A DNA stretch of 31,292 nucleotides, from positions 310,001 through 341,292 of the forward strand of contig JABVCE010000031.1 in assembly GCA_014905635.1 (NCBI GenBank), in the 5' to 3' direction. Of the stretch, positions 20,201 to 30,960 are shown one piece after another (position 1 is the first letter of the stretch; each line of letters begins with the position of its first letter). The DNA comes from Scenedesmus sp. PABB004 (Eukaryota). The notes below the pieces were generated by a model. The model was not told the DNA's origin and did no database searches. It saw nothing but the letters and a program-made list of their open reading frames with translations. A program made the position numbers and the translations under genes.

Positions 20201-20691
20201 GGCGGGCAGGCGGGCGGGCGGGCGGGCGGGCGGGCGGGCTGCGGCGCCCTGCCCCGCTCGCCGCGCCGACCCGCGCGCCGCCGCCCCGCCCCGTCGCCCG
20301 CCCATTTGCCAGGCTGCTGCACTCAGCGCAGGTTTTCGAGGCGATCATGCTGCGCGGCGAGCGCCCGCCGCTGCCGCCGGGGGCGCCCGCCGACGTCGCG
20401 GCGCTGCTGGGACACTGCTGGGCGGCTGACCCCGGCGACCGCCCGAGTGCGGCCGCCGTGCTGGAGTGCCTGTGCCACATGATTGCGGCGCGGCGGCGCG
20501 CGCTGCGCGCCGCGGGCGTGGTGCTGCCGCGCTGCGCGTCGGACGACGGCGAGCCCCGCGACGCCGCGGCGGCGCCGCCGGCGCTGCTGGTCACACCCCC
20601 GCCGCCGACGCGGACGGCGCCGGACGAGGTGCTGGCCGCGTGGGAGCGCAGCGCGCCGGCCGGCGGCATGGACGGCGAATCAGGCGTGTGA
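17279..20691 (+). CDS. Single-pass receptor-like protein kinase, TKL group. Exons 17279-17526, 17611-17722, 17866-18078, 18209-18342, 18469-18632, 18724-18820, 18908-19014, 19116-19700, 19794-19994, 20142-20184, 20313-20691
   Basis: Signal peptide MALLVLLLLASLLPARA; ectodomain with several N-x-T sequons; TM segment ALAIGLAVPLAVAGLVAGLLALLWV followed by RRRARRR; kinase motifs LGSGSYGRVY, VAVKVI, HPNIV, HGDLNARNVL, DLGLS, GTLTHMPPE, DIYALG, CWAADPGDRP. Confidence 0.92.
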
Positions 20692-21138
20692 ACGAGAGAG
20701 CCTGGGCGAGGCCTGCATTGGGCTGGTGTGCCGCACAGGCGGGGAGCTTTGACCGCTGGGGGGACTGCACTGCGCGGCGCCTGGGCTGTGGGGGAATCGT
20801 CGGCCGCCTGCACTGCATCACTGAAGTCAACTCCTTCGAAATTGCCGACGCCCTGGATGATCGGTGCGGCCGCGGCGCAAATCGCGCCCTCCAAACGTCG
20901 TCGGTTGCCCTGCCGTGGCCCCGGGGGCTCTCCCGCCTGCCGCGGCCGGCGCCTGCCTGCTTGATCGCGTGGCTGCGACTGAGCACGCGTCCGTGCTCGG
21001 GCGCGCTGGGCTCTTCTGACGTGATGTGACCGAGCGGTGCGCGTTGCCGGGGGTCCATGCGGCGAGGCACGCGCCGCTGCGTCGCAGCGGCCGCCGCGCG
21101 CCCCGGCTCCAGCCCAAGCCGCCTCAGCCGCCGCCGCC

Positions 21139-22568
21139 TCAGCCGCCGCCGCCGCCGCGTGCGGCCGTGGCCGTGGCCGCGCTGCGCGTGCTGCGCGCCA
21201 GCGCCGGCGCGTCCGCGACCATGCGCAGCTGCGTCCAGGGCCCCAGCGGGATCAGCCCGCCCAGGCCCGCGCTGCCGGGCACGGGCGCGAAGCCGCACGA
21301 GGCGTAGCAGCGCCGCGCGGGCGCGTTGCCCGGTGCGACGTGCAGCACGACCACCCGCTCGCCCCACACGCGCGCTGCGCGGCGCACGGTGCGGGGCGTG
21401 AGCGGGCGGCGCATGCGCGCGCGTGAGCGGGTCGGCGCAGGGGCGCGCAGCGGCCGCTGCGCGCGTGGCGGTGGCGCGCGCGGCGCGCACCGAGGCGGCC
21501 GGCCGCGCCGGCGAGCGCGCGCGCGATGCCGCGGCGGCGCGCGGCCGGCGCGACGGCCATGTTGCTCAGGTATGCTTGCAGCGGGGCACCGCTGGGCCAC
21601 GGCGGCGGCAGCGCGGCCCCGGCCTGCGACGTCGACGGCGCGGCGGTCCGTTCAGGGCCCCGGCCGGCGAGCGCGCACGAGCCGGGGCGCCCCTCCCCTG
21701 CCACCTCCTGGGGGCCCTCCCCTCGCCCTCCCTCAAAAGCCCCCTCGAGCCCCCGCGCCTGCATGAGGCTGAGTGTCGCGGTGCCCAGCAGGCGCCCCGG
21801 CGCGCCGCACTCCTCAGCAACGAGGCAGGCGAAGCAGCGCGACCGCCGCCAGCGCGCGAGCTGGCGCCTGCGGGGCCCCCCGGCGGACGGGCGGTCAGCG
21901 CGGCGTCGGGGCGGCGAGCGGGCGGCGCCGGGACGGCGAGCGCCGCGCTGCGCCGTGCGCACAGCTCGGCTGGGCCCTCGGTCGGGAACGTGGCGGGCAG
22001 GCCCTGCGCCATGGCGAGCTGGCCGCGCAGCATCGCCGCGTCGCGCGTGACCCGGTACGTGCGGCACGCGAGCGCCGCCTGGGGGCGCGCGCGGCGGGCC
22101 GCGGCGCGTCAGCGGCCGAGGCGGGCGGCGCGCCGCGGGGGCGCGCCCGCCGCCGCCGGCGGGGCCGGACGCCGCACCTCGGCCTTGCTCCACAGCGCCG
22201 CGGCGAGCTTGTCCCCGCTCTCGCGCCCCACCGCGTCGGCGTACAGCGCCTCCACGCTCGCCAGCACCGGGTTGGGCTCCACGCCCGGGAACAAGCCCGA
22301 GCCGAAGACCTGGCCGGAGGGAGAGCGGCAGCAGCGGTCAGTGTGCGGCAGCGGCGGCGGCGGCGTGCTCCACACAGCTCCAGAGCGAACGCACCTGCGT
22401 GTAGAGCTCCGCCACCGCTTTTGTGTCGTCCGCCGTGGCCTGGCGCAGCCTGAACGAGCTGCTGCGCGGCGCCGCGGCCCGGGCAGCGGCGGCCGCGCGT
22501 GCGCAGGCGCCGCGCCGGGGCGCGACGGCGCGCTGCGGCGCCCGCGCGCTCATGAGCTGCCGCTGCAT
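21139..22568 (-). CDS. GNAT-family N-acetyltransferase, probably plastid-targeted. Exons 22568-22395, 22309-22178, 22078-21963, 21867-21759, 21623-21491, 21374-21139
   Basis: FRLRQATADDTKAVAEL; acetyl-CoA-binding motif A AYLSNMAVAPAARRRGIARAL; LHVAPGNAPARRCYASCGF. Intron phases are consistent (one GC-AG). The start ATG is inferred. Confidence 0.88.
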
Positions 22569-23156
22569 CCCGCGGGGGCGCGGCCCGGCGGCGCCGGCGC
22601 TGCTGCCGCCAGCGCGGCGGCCGCTGCCGCCGGTGCGGCAGTGGTGCGCTGCTGCGGCTGGAGGGGCGATGACGACGGCCTCGAGGGGTGCGTCCGCCGC
22701 GGGATGCAGTGGCCCCGGGTGTCTGCTGTCGCGGCGGCGCACACAAGAGGCTCGGGCGTGGGGCCCAGGCGCGCGCGGTTGCAGGACGCGCGTGATTCCA
22801 GGACGCGGCCGCGTGCAGGGGGCCGCCACGCGCCTCCCCCAAGACAGAGCGCAGTGCGGACGAACCGGCACAAACGTAGGCGCAGGGGCGCGCGCCGGCG
22901 CGCGGAGGCGGCGTGGGGGGCGCGCGGCGCCGCCACACGCCCGCCCGCACGCGCGCGCAGCAACCACGCCCTCAGCCGTGAAGCCCCGCATGAAAACCCT
23001 GTGCACCGCCGTTTGCCCGACGCGCCCCCACACCCCCCGCAGTCCCCCAACACCATCACACACCAATGCGAAGATGGGGGGGGCCCTGCGGCCCCGGGGC
23101 GCCGCGGCGGCCGCCAGGGCGGCGGCGGCGCTGCCAGGGCGGCCGCCGGGGCGGCG

Positions 23157-25503
23157 CTACTGCGCCATTGCCGCCCGCAGCAGCTCCGCGGCCTCCCGGT
23201 GCCCCGCGCGCTCCGCCTCCTGCGCGGCGGCGGGCGGGCGCGGCGGCGCGGGGCACGGCGGCGCGCTGGGCGAACGGGCGCCGTGCGCCGCGCGCGGGGC
23301 GGCCGGCGCCTGCAGCGGCGGCGCGCGCCTGCAGCGGCGTGTCGCCCCAGCGGTCGCGCGGCGCCCAGTTGACCGCCGTCAGGCGCTCCACCGCGCTGTC
23401 CGCCACGGCGTCGGCGAGCAGCCGCAGCGCCTGGATGTCGCCTGCGGGGCGACGCGGGCGCGCGGCGCGTGGGCGCGCGGCGTGTGGGCGCGGCCCCGCT
23501 CCTCCAGCCTCCCTCGGCTGCCCCGCTGCGCTCCTCCCTCCGCTCCTCCCTCCCCCCCTCCTCCTCCTCCCCTGCCTCACCCATGCTCGCTGCGATGTGC
23601 AGCGGCGTGCGGCTGTCGTAGTCGGGCGCGGCGGGGTCGGCCCCCGCGACCAGCAGCGCCATGAGCTGGTCGTGGCGGTGCATGTGCAGCACGCTGCTCA
23701 GCAGCGCCGCCTGCTCCGTCGGCGGCAGCTCCAGCCGCGCGCCGGCGGCCATGAGCTTGGACTGCGGCGGCGGCGCGCGGCGGCGGCGCGCGGCGGCGGC
23801 GGTGTGGGGGCGGCGGCACGCGGCGGCGGCGCGGCGCCCCGCCTGGCCATCGGCACTCTCTCTCTCTCTCACACGCACACACACGCGCACACGCGCGCGC
23901 GCACCTGTATGCTCGTCTCGCCCGCCATGGCTGCCTCGAGCAGCGGCGTGCTGCCGGTCGACGTCGCGGCGTTGGGGTTGGCGCCCGCCGCGAGCAGCTG
24001 CTCCACGATGCCCTGCGCGGCGGCGGGCGGCGGTGTGTGTGTGTGGGGTGGGTGGGGGGGGGGACGGGTCGGCACGCAGCGTGCGGCGCGCGGCGGCGGG
24101 GCTCGCGCGTCAGCTGCACCCCCCCCCCCACACACACACACACGCACACAAACAAACGCACACGCGCGCGCACCTCCTGCTTGTTGGTGACGGCCACGTG
24201 CAGCAGGCTGCGGCCGTCGTAGTCCGCCGCGTCGACGGGGCACCCCCGCGCCAGCAGGCGCGCGAGCGCCGCGCCGTCGCCGTACCTGCGGCGCGGGGCG
24301 GGGCGGGGCGGGGCGGGGCGGTCCGGTCGGCCGGCGCCCGGCGGCGCCCAGCACCCGCGCGTGGCGTGCGGACGCGCACAGCACACGCAGCGCGCGCAGC
24401 GCGCCGCACCGCGCCGCCGCGAGCGCCGCCTCGGTGCGCTCGCGCTTCCAGCCCTCCGCCGCGGCCGCCGCGTCGTCGGCTGACACGACAGACTCGAAAA
24501 ACTCAACCAGCGGCGCCGCCCCGACCTGGCGCGGACGCGGGCGCGCGCGCGGCGGCAGCGGGGCGGGTCAGGGCGCGCCGCCCGCCGCGGCGCGGGGCCC
24601 GCGCCGGGGCGCGGGGCGCGGGGCGCGGTCAGAGCCCCCGGGCCGCACCTTGTGTGCCAGGTCCAGGGGCGAGTAGCCCCAGCGGTCGCGCAGCATCACG
24701 TTGCCCCCGCCGCCACGAGCGCGCGCGCCTGGGCCCAGCGGCGGCGGCGGCGGGGCGGCGGCGTCAGCGCGGCGGCGCCGGGGCGGAAGCGTCGGCGCAC
24801 AGCGTCGGGGCGCCGGCGCGCGGCGCGCTGCGCGCACCGCCGCGAGCGCGCCGTCCGCGGCCGCGACGTGCAGCGCGGTCTGTCCGTCGTAGTCGTGCGC
24901 GTCTGGCGCGGCGCCCGCTGCGAGGAGGTGGCCCAGGCGGTCGAGCTTGCCCTCGTAGGTGGCCTTGCACAGCAGCTGGGCCTGCGGGGGCGGGGGGGGG
25001 GGCGGTGATGGTCGGGCGTGGGCGGTGATGGTTGGGCGTGGGTGTGGGAATGCGCGGGGGTGGTTGGCTTGGGAGAAGAGGGCGGCGCGCGCTCGCGACG
25101 GGCACGCGACACATGCGGCGGCGCGTGGCCCCCGCCCCCCCCCCCCCCCGCCGCGCCCCGCCGGGGCGCCTGCAGGACGCGCGAGATGCCGGTGCGCGCG
25201 CCGCTGCGTGTGAGGAGGTCTATGACGTCCCTGTGCCCCCCGCGCGCTGCCTCAACCATGACGTCAAACCCGCGCGCGTCCTTGGACCCAGACTCGGCGC
25301 CCACGAACAGCAGGTTGAGCACCACGTCCTGGCGTGGGGGTGGGGCGGGCAGGGTCGCGGCGGCGGCGGGGTGGGTGGGTGGGCGGGGAGGGCGGGCGCG
25401 GCGCCGCCGGCGGCGCGCCCCCACACCACCACCACCCCACCATCGCCCCCCTCCTACAAACAAACACACAACAACACACACACCACACACACACACACAC
25501 CAC

Positions 25504-25554
<51 letters not shown>

Positions 25555-28500
25555 CTTGTGCCCCCGGTACGCGGCGACCATGAGCGCGGTGCGGCCGTCG
25601 TAGTCGGCGCTGTCGGGGTCCATGCCCTGGCGCAGCATGTCCTGCACCACCTCCACCTCGCCCCCCGCCGCGGCGTCGAGAAAGGCGGCGAGGCGCTGCT
25701 GGTCGAAGCGCGCGGCCGCCTTGTTGACCAGCTGGCGCACGCGCAGCAGTTCGGTCAGCAGGCGCTGCTGCCCGAGGCTCAGGTGTGCGCCGCACGCCGC
25801 CGCCGCAGCCGCGAGCTGCTCGTCGCTGAACACGCGACGCGACGCGCCGAGCGCGCGGCGGCGGCGCGCGCCGCCGCCCCCGCTCCCGCCATCGCCGCCG
25901 CCGTCGCCGCTCCCGCCGCCGCCCCGGCGCCGGCGGGCGCGCCGCCGCCGCGTCACCGGCGCTGCCACGCCGAGCGCGGCGTCGGCGCTGCGCGCGTGCA
26001 GCAGGTGCTGCGCCGCCGCCGGCGCCGGCGCCGGCGGCGGCAGGGCCATGCCCTCCATCGCCGCCGCCGCGCGCGCCGCCGCGGTGTTGCTGATGAGGCT
26101 GCGCGTCGCCAGGCTGCCCCGCGGCCGGGCCGCCGGCGCCCGCCGCCAGCGCCCGGCGGCGGCTGGGCGGCGCGCCCCGGGCTGCTGCCGAGCGCGCCCG
26201 GGCTGCTGCTGAGCGCGGGGCTGGCGCGCGGGCGTCGTCGTCGTCGTCGGGGTCCGGTGTGCCGTAGCGCTTGGGCAGCGAGGTGAAGCGGTGCAGCGCG
26301 CGCGCCGCGCGCTCCGCGTCGCAGGCCCCGGCGCCGCCCCGGCGCCGCCGCGCCGGTGCCGCCGCCGGGGGGCCTGTCCATGCTGAGGCTCGCGCGCCGG
26401 CCGAGCGTCGGGTGGCTGCCGTAGCGGGCGCCCAGGCCCACCGACATGGACGACAGCACCGGCGCCTCGCGCCGCTCGCGCCCGCGCCGGCGCCGCCGCG
26501 CCCGGCGGCCAGCCCGCGTCCACGCTGCCCGCGCCGAGCGCGGCGGCCGCGCGCGCGCCGCAGCCACGGCGGCGGCCGGGTCGCTGAGCGTGCGCAGGTC
26601 GGCGCGCGCCGCGGCGGCGGCGGCGCCCACGCGCTCCGCCCCCGCTGCGCCCCGGGCCTCGCCCGCTGCTGCTGCTGCTGCTCCGGCCGCCCCCGCTCGC
26701 CGCCGGCGCGGCGGCGGCGGCCGTCGCGCCCGCAAACGGCGACGCCGCCGCGCGGCGCGGCGGCGGGCCGCCGCCGCCGCGCGTCGCGCCGGCCGCCGCG
26801 CCGCCGCCGCCGGCCATGTCAGCGCGCCTGAAGATCTCCTCAGCCAGCTCGGGCGGCAGGAACTCGTCCACACGCGCCGCGGCGCGCGTCTTGAGGTTCT
26901 CCAGCACCTGGCGCGGCGAGTGGGGTAGGGTTTAAGCAGACAGGGTTTGAAGCGGGCGGGGTTTAAGCGCGCAGCGAGCGGTCGCCGCCGCCGCCGGCAG
27001 GCGGACGGCGGCGCGCGCCCGGCCGCGCGCGCCTGAGCCTGCAGCGAGATGCAGCCCCCCCCCCCCCCCCGCAGCGCGCCGCCGCCGCCGCCGCGCGGCA
27101 CCTGCCGCGCGCTGAGCGGAAAGTCACGGGCGACCGCGTTGTACGTGCTGGCGGGCGGAGCGGGGCGGAGAGGGGCGAGGGGCGGCGGGGGACGAGGGTT
27201 GAGGGTTCAGGCGGGCGCACGAGAGAGGCGGGAAGGCGCCAAAGGCGGGCGCACGAGAGAGGCGGAAAGGCCCTAAACCCCACGCGAGGCGCGGGCGCGG
27301 GGCGCACCTGCGGGGAATGACCAGCACGCGGCACACGGTCAGGCTGCGCACCGCCTCGGCCTTGGGCACTGCGGCGGCGTGGCGCGGCGCGGCGGGCGGC
27401 TCAGCTCGGCCGCTGCTGCAGCGGCAGCGTTGCGCCGCGCAGGGGCCAGCCGCGCGCCGGCGCCCTCCCCCCCCCCCCCCCCCCCCCCTGGCCCTCCTGC
27501 TCTGAACCCTCCTTCCCTGCGCACCCTCTGTGAAGTAGGCCACCTCGGCAAAGCTCTCCCCTGAGCTGAGGATGGGGTTGGGGAACTCTTCGTCGCCCGC
27601 CTCACCCCCCGGGCCGCCGCCGAAGACGCCGACGGCAGCCTGCCGCGGCGCGCGAGGTGCGGCGCGGCGCGTGGGCGGGCGCGAGCAGCGGGTGCGCGCG
27701 AGCGACGGCGCGCGCAGCGCCACGCGGCGCGCACCTGCAGCGCCGCGTCGCCCACCGGCGCCGGCAGCGCGAGCGGCGCGCGGGAGCGGCTGTCCAGGCG
27801 CCGCATCGCGGCGGCGGGCATGGCGGCGTAGCCTCCGGCCGGCGCGCCGGCGAGCCCCGCGGCGGCGGGGCCGGGGCCGAGGCCGGCGCTGAGCGCGCGC
27901 GACGCGCGCGGCCGAGCGCGTGCGCCTGCGGCACGCGCGCGAGCGCCCGCGGTCGGCCGCGAGCTGCTCCTGCCCCTGGCGCCAGCTGTCGCTGCGCCCG
28001 CCGGGGCGCAGGCCGAGCGCGGTGCCCGGCGCGCGCAAGCGCGCCGGCCAGCCAGCTGCGCCGTGGCGGCGCGCCGCGGGGCGTGCCGCCGCCGCCGGAC
28101 GAGGCCGACGACGCGCGGCCGAGCTCGCCCGAGCGCGTCGCCATGATGCCGCCTGCAGCGCGTGTGGGGGGCGGCGGGGGCGCGCGTGCGTGTGAAAGTG
28201 TGGCGGGGGGGGGGGGGGGGGGGGGGGGGGGCGGCGGACGAGCCGGCGCGGGCGCGGGCGGCGGGCGCAGCGCTGTGATCCGCGGCGTGCCGCACCCGTG
28301 ATCTGCCGCACCGCGGCCGGGTGGGCGTGCCCGCCGATGGGCACCCAGCCGCCGCCGCCCGTCCGCGCGCCGCCGCCGCCGCTGGGCTCGCGCCGCGTGG
28401 GCGGCGGCGCTGCCGTCACGCGGTACGGCGCGTGGCCCGCGCCCGGCGCGCCGGCGAGGCCCTCCGGGTCGGCCAGCGCGCTGCTGCCCCCGTTGGCCGC

Positions 28501-30890
28501 GCCGGCGCCGCCGGGCGCTCGCGTCGCAGGCGCCGCCCGCGTAGGCCGCGGGCGGTACCAGCTCCACGTGGCCCGCGACCACGACGTAGAGCTCGTTCAC
28601 GTGGTCCTGGCTGCTCACGATCTCAACCTGCGCATTAACGTTATAACACGCAACATAACACACGCGAGGGTTGGTTGGGTTTAGGCGGGGTCCAGGCAGG
28701 GGCGAGAGGGCGGGGGGCGAGGGGGTCAGAAAGGCGAGGCGCGCAGCGGCGGCGGCGGCGGCGGCGCGGGCGCGCGCGGGCGGGGCGGGGCGCGGAGCGG
28801 AGCGGCGCGCGGCCCGCGTGTGCGCCGGCGCGCGGCGGCGGCCCGCGCGCCCACGGGCGCGGGGGTGCGCGGCGTGCCGCCGCGCCGGCGGGCGGTCGCT
28901 GTCGCTGGGTGCGAAAGCGCGCGCGCGGTGGGGCGCCGCGCGCGCGGCGATATCCCAGCGCATGCGCCGCAGTGGGTGGCGAGGCGCGCGCCCGCTGGCT
29001 GGCTGGGGTCCCTCCCGGCCTCTCCACGCCCCCCCCCCCCCCCCACACACACACCGCCACCTAAACCGCCGCCAATCCCTCCCATTAAAAACCTCCCCTC
29101 CCCCCCCCCAACCCGCCGCGCCTTTGGCAGGAACATCTCCACGCGCGCGCCGAGCAGCAGCGCGTCCAGGAACTTGACGCCGCACCCCTCAAACAGGTAG
29201 CAGGCGCGCAGCGGGGCCGCGTAGAGCTGGCGCAGGATGCGGCGGCGAATCGTGGTCGGGTACACCTGTTTGGGAGGGGGGAGCGGCGGGGTTACGCAGC
29301 GGGGCGACGTGTCGCGCGCCCGCGCGCGCGTGCGCCCCGCACGCGCGTCGCTCGCGCCCGCGCCGGCCCGCCGCGGCTGGCCCCCAGTCGCGCCCAGACA
29401 CCCAAGACCCTGGGGCGGCGCAGCATCCCTAAACCCTCACCCCGAGCACCGCCTCGTCGTCGAGCGTCTCGCTGCTGAGGCTCATGTGCAGGCGCAGCAG
29501 GCCCGCCATGGTGGCCTTGAGGTCCTGTGTGGTTACAGCATTTGTGTGTGTGTGTGTGTGGGTGGGTCGGGGGGGGGGGGGGGTGGCGGTGGGTGGAGTG
29601 TGGGGGTGGGGTTGGGCGGGCGGGCGCGAGCCCCCCCCCCGCTGTCCCTCCACGCGCTCCCCTCCCCTGCCGTCCCACCCACCCACGCCCACCCCCACGC
29701 ACCGGTGAGAGCGCGTTTGCCGAGCAGTAGGTGTTGAGGGCCGCCATGCGCGCGCGGTACGCGCCCGTGGCCTCGTCCTGCTTGGTCACCAGCAGCGTGA
29801 TCGTGCCTGCGGCGGCGGCGGCGGGGTTTAGGGGTGGGTGAGGGGAGGTTTAGGCTGCACCCTGCCCCCCCCCCTCCACACGCACCCAGGATGTAGGCCC
29901 AGACCACGATGTTGACCGCGACGTACAGGATGACAAACAGGACCTGGTGGGGTTTAGGGGGCGGAGCGGGGGAGCGGGGATCGGGGTTCAGGGCTCGGGG
30001 TCGAGCGCAGAGAGGTTCAGGGACCGGGCGCGCGCGGCGCGGCGCAGGCGCGCGAGCGTGCCGCGCCGCGCCTCTGGCGTCGTGCTGGGCGTGACGTCGC
30101 CGTAGCCGAGCTGGGTGTGTGTGTGTGGGGACGGGGGGCAGGGGGGCGTCAGGGCGGGGCCGGGGTCAGGGAGGTCCGGGGTCTGACCGGCCGCGCGGCG
30201 GCGCCCCGCGTCCAGCGCGCCGGCCTGCCCACCGTTGAGAAGGTCACGATGGACCAGTAGAAGGAGAAGACGTACCTGGCCGGGGTTTAGGGGGGCAGGG
30301 GGCGGGGCAGGGTTTAGCGGGGCTGTATGGAGCAGAGCGGGAGAGGGGAGGCGGGCGGGCGCGCGCGCGCGGCTCCCAGCCAACAACAACAAAAAGCCCC
30401 ATCCGCCGCCCCGCAGCCGCGCGCCGCCGCCGCTCCGCGGCGCCGCCGCCCGCGCCCCGCCGCGCCCGCGCACGTCTCGACCGTCGAGCGGCCGCCGATG
30501 GTGTCCGCCTCTGCCGCGACCCAGGTCTGGCCGTGCTGGCCCTCCTGCAGGGCGATGTACCAGAAGCTGCAGGCCGCCCAGTGGAGCAGGAAGAAGCAGA
30601 ACTGTAGGGGGTTTTAGGGGGCGGGGCAGGCGGCAGCGGCGGGGCAGGGATCAGGGGTCTGGGGCTGGTGGAGCGGCAGGGCAGGTCAAGGGAGCGCGGC
30701 GCGGCGCGGCGCGGGGCGCGGGGCGCGGCCGGGGAGAGAGCGCCAAACCCTCTGGGGCGCGGGCCAGCCCTCCCCCTCCCCTGTCCCTCCCTCTGCCCCC
30801 CCCCCCCCCCCCCCCGGCGCACCGTGAAGTTGCGCACGAGCGTGAGCGTGAGCAGGCCAAAGTTGAGGTTGTAGCTGAGAGGGAGGGTGG

Positions 30891-30960
<70 letters not shown>

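Noticed and set aside
20700..21030. Protein-like minus-strand stretch (IIQGVGNFEGVDFSDAVQ) and a 7-bp hairpin at 20981-20998
   Set aside because: No ATG or splice support and no recognisable RNA motifs. It fits convergent 3' UTRs.
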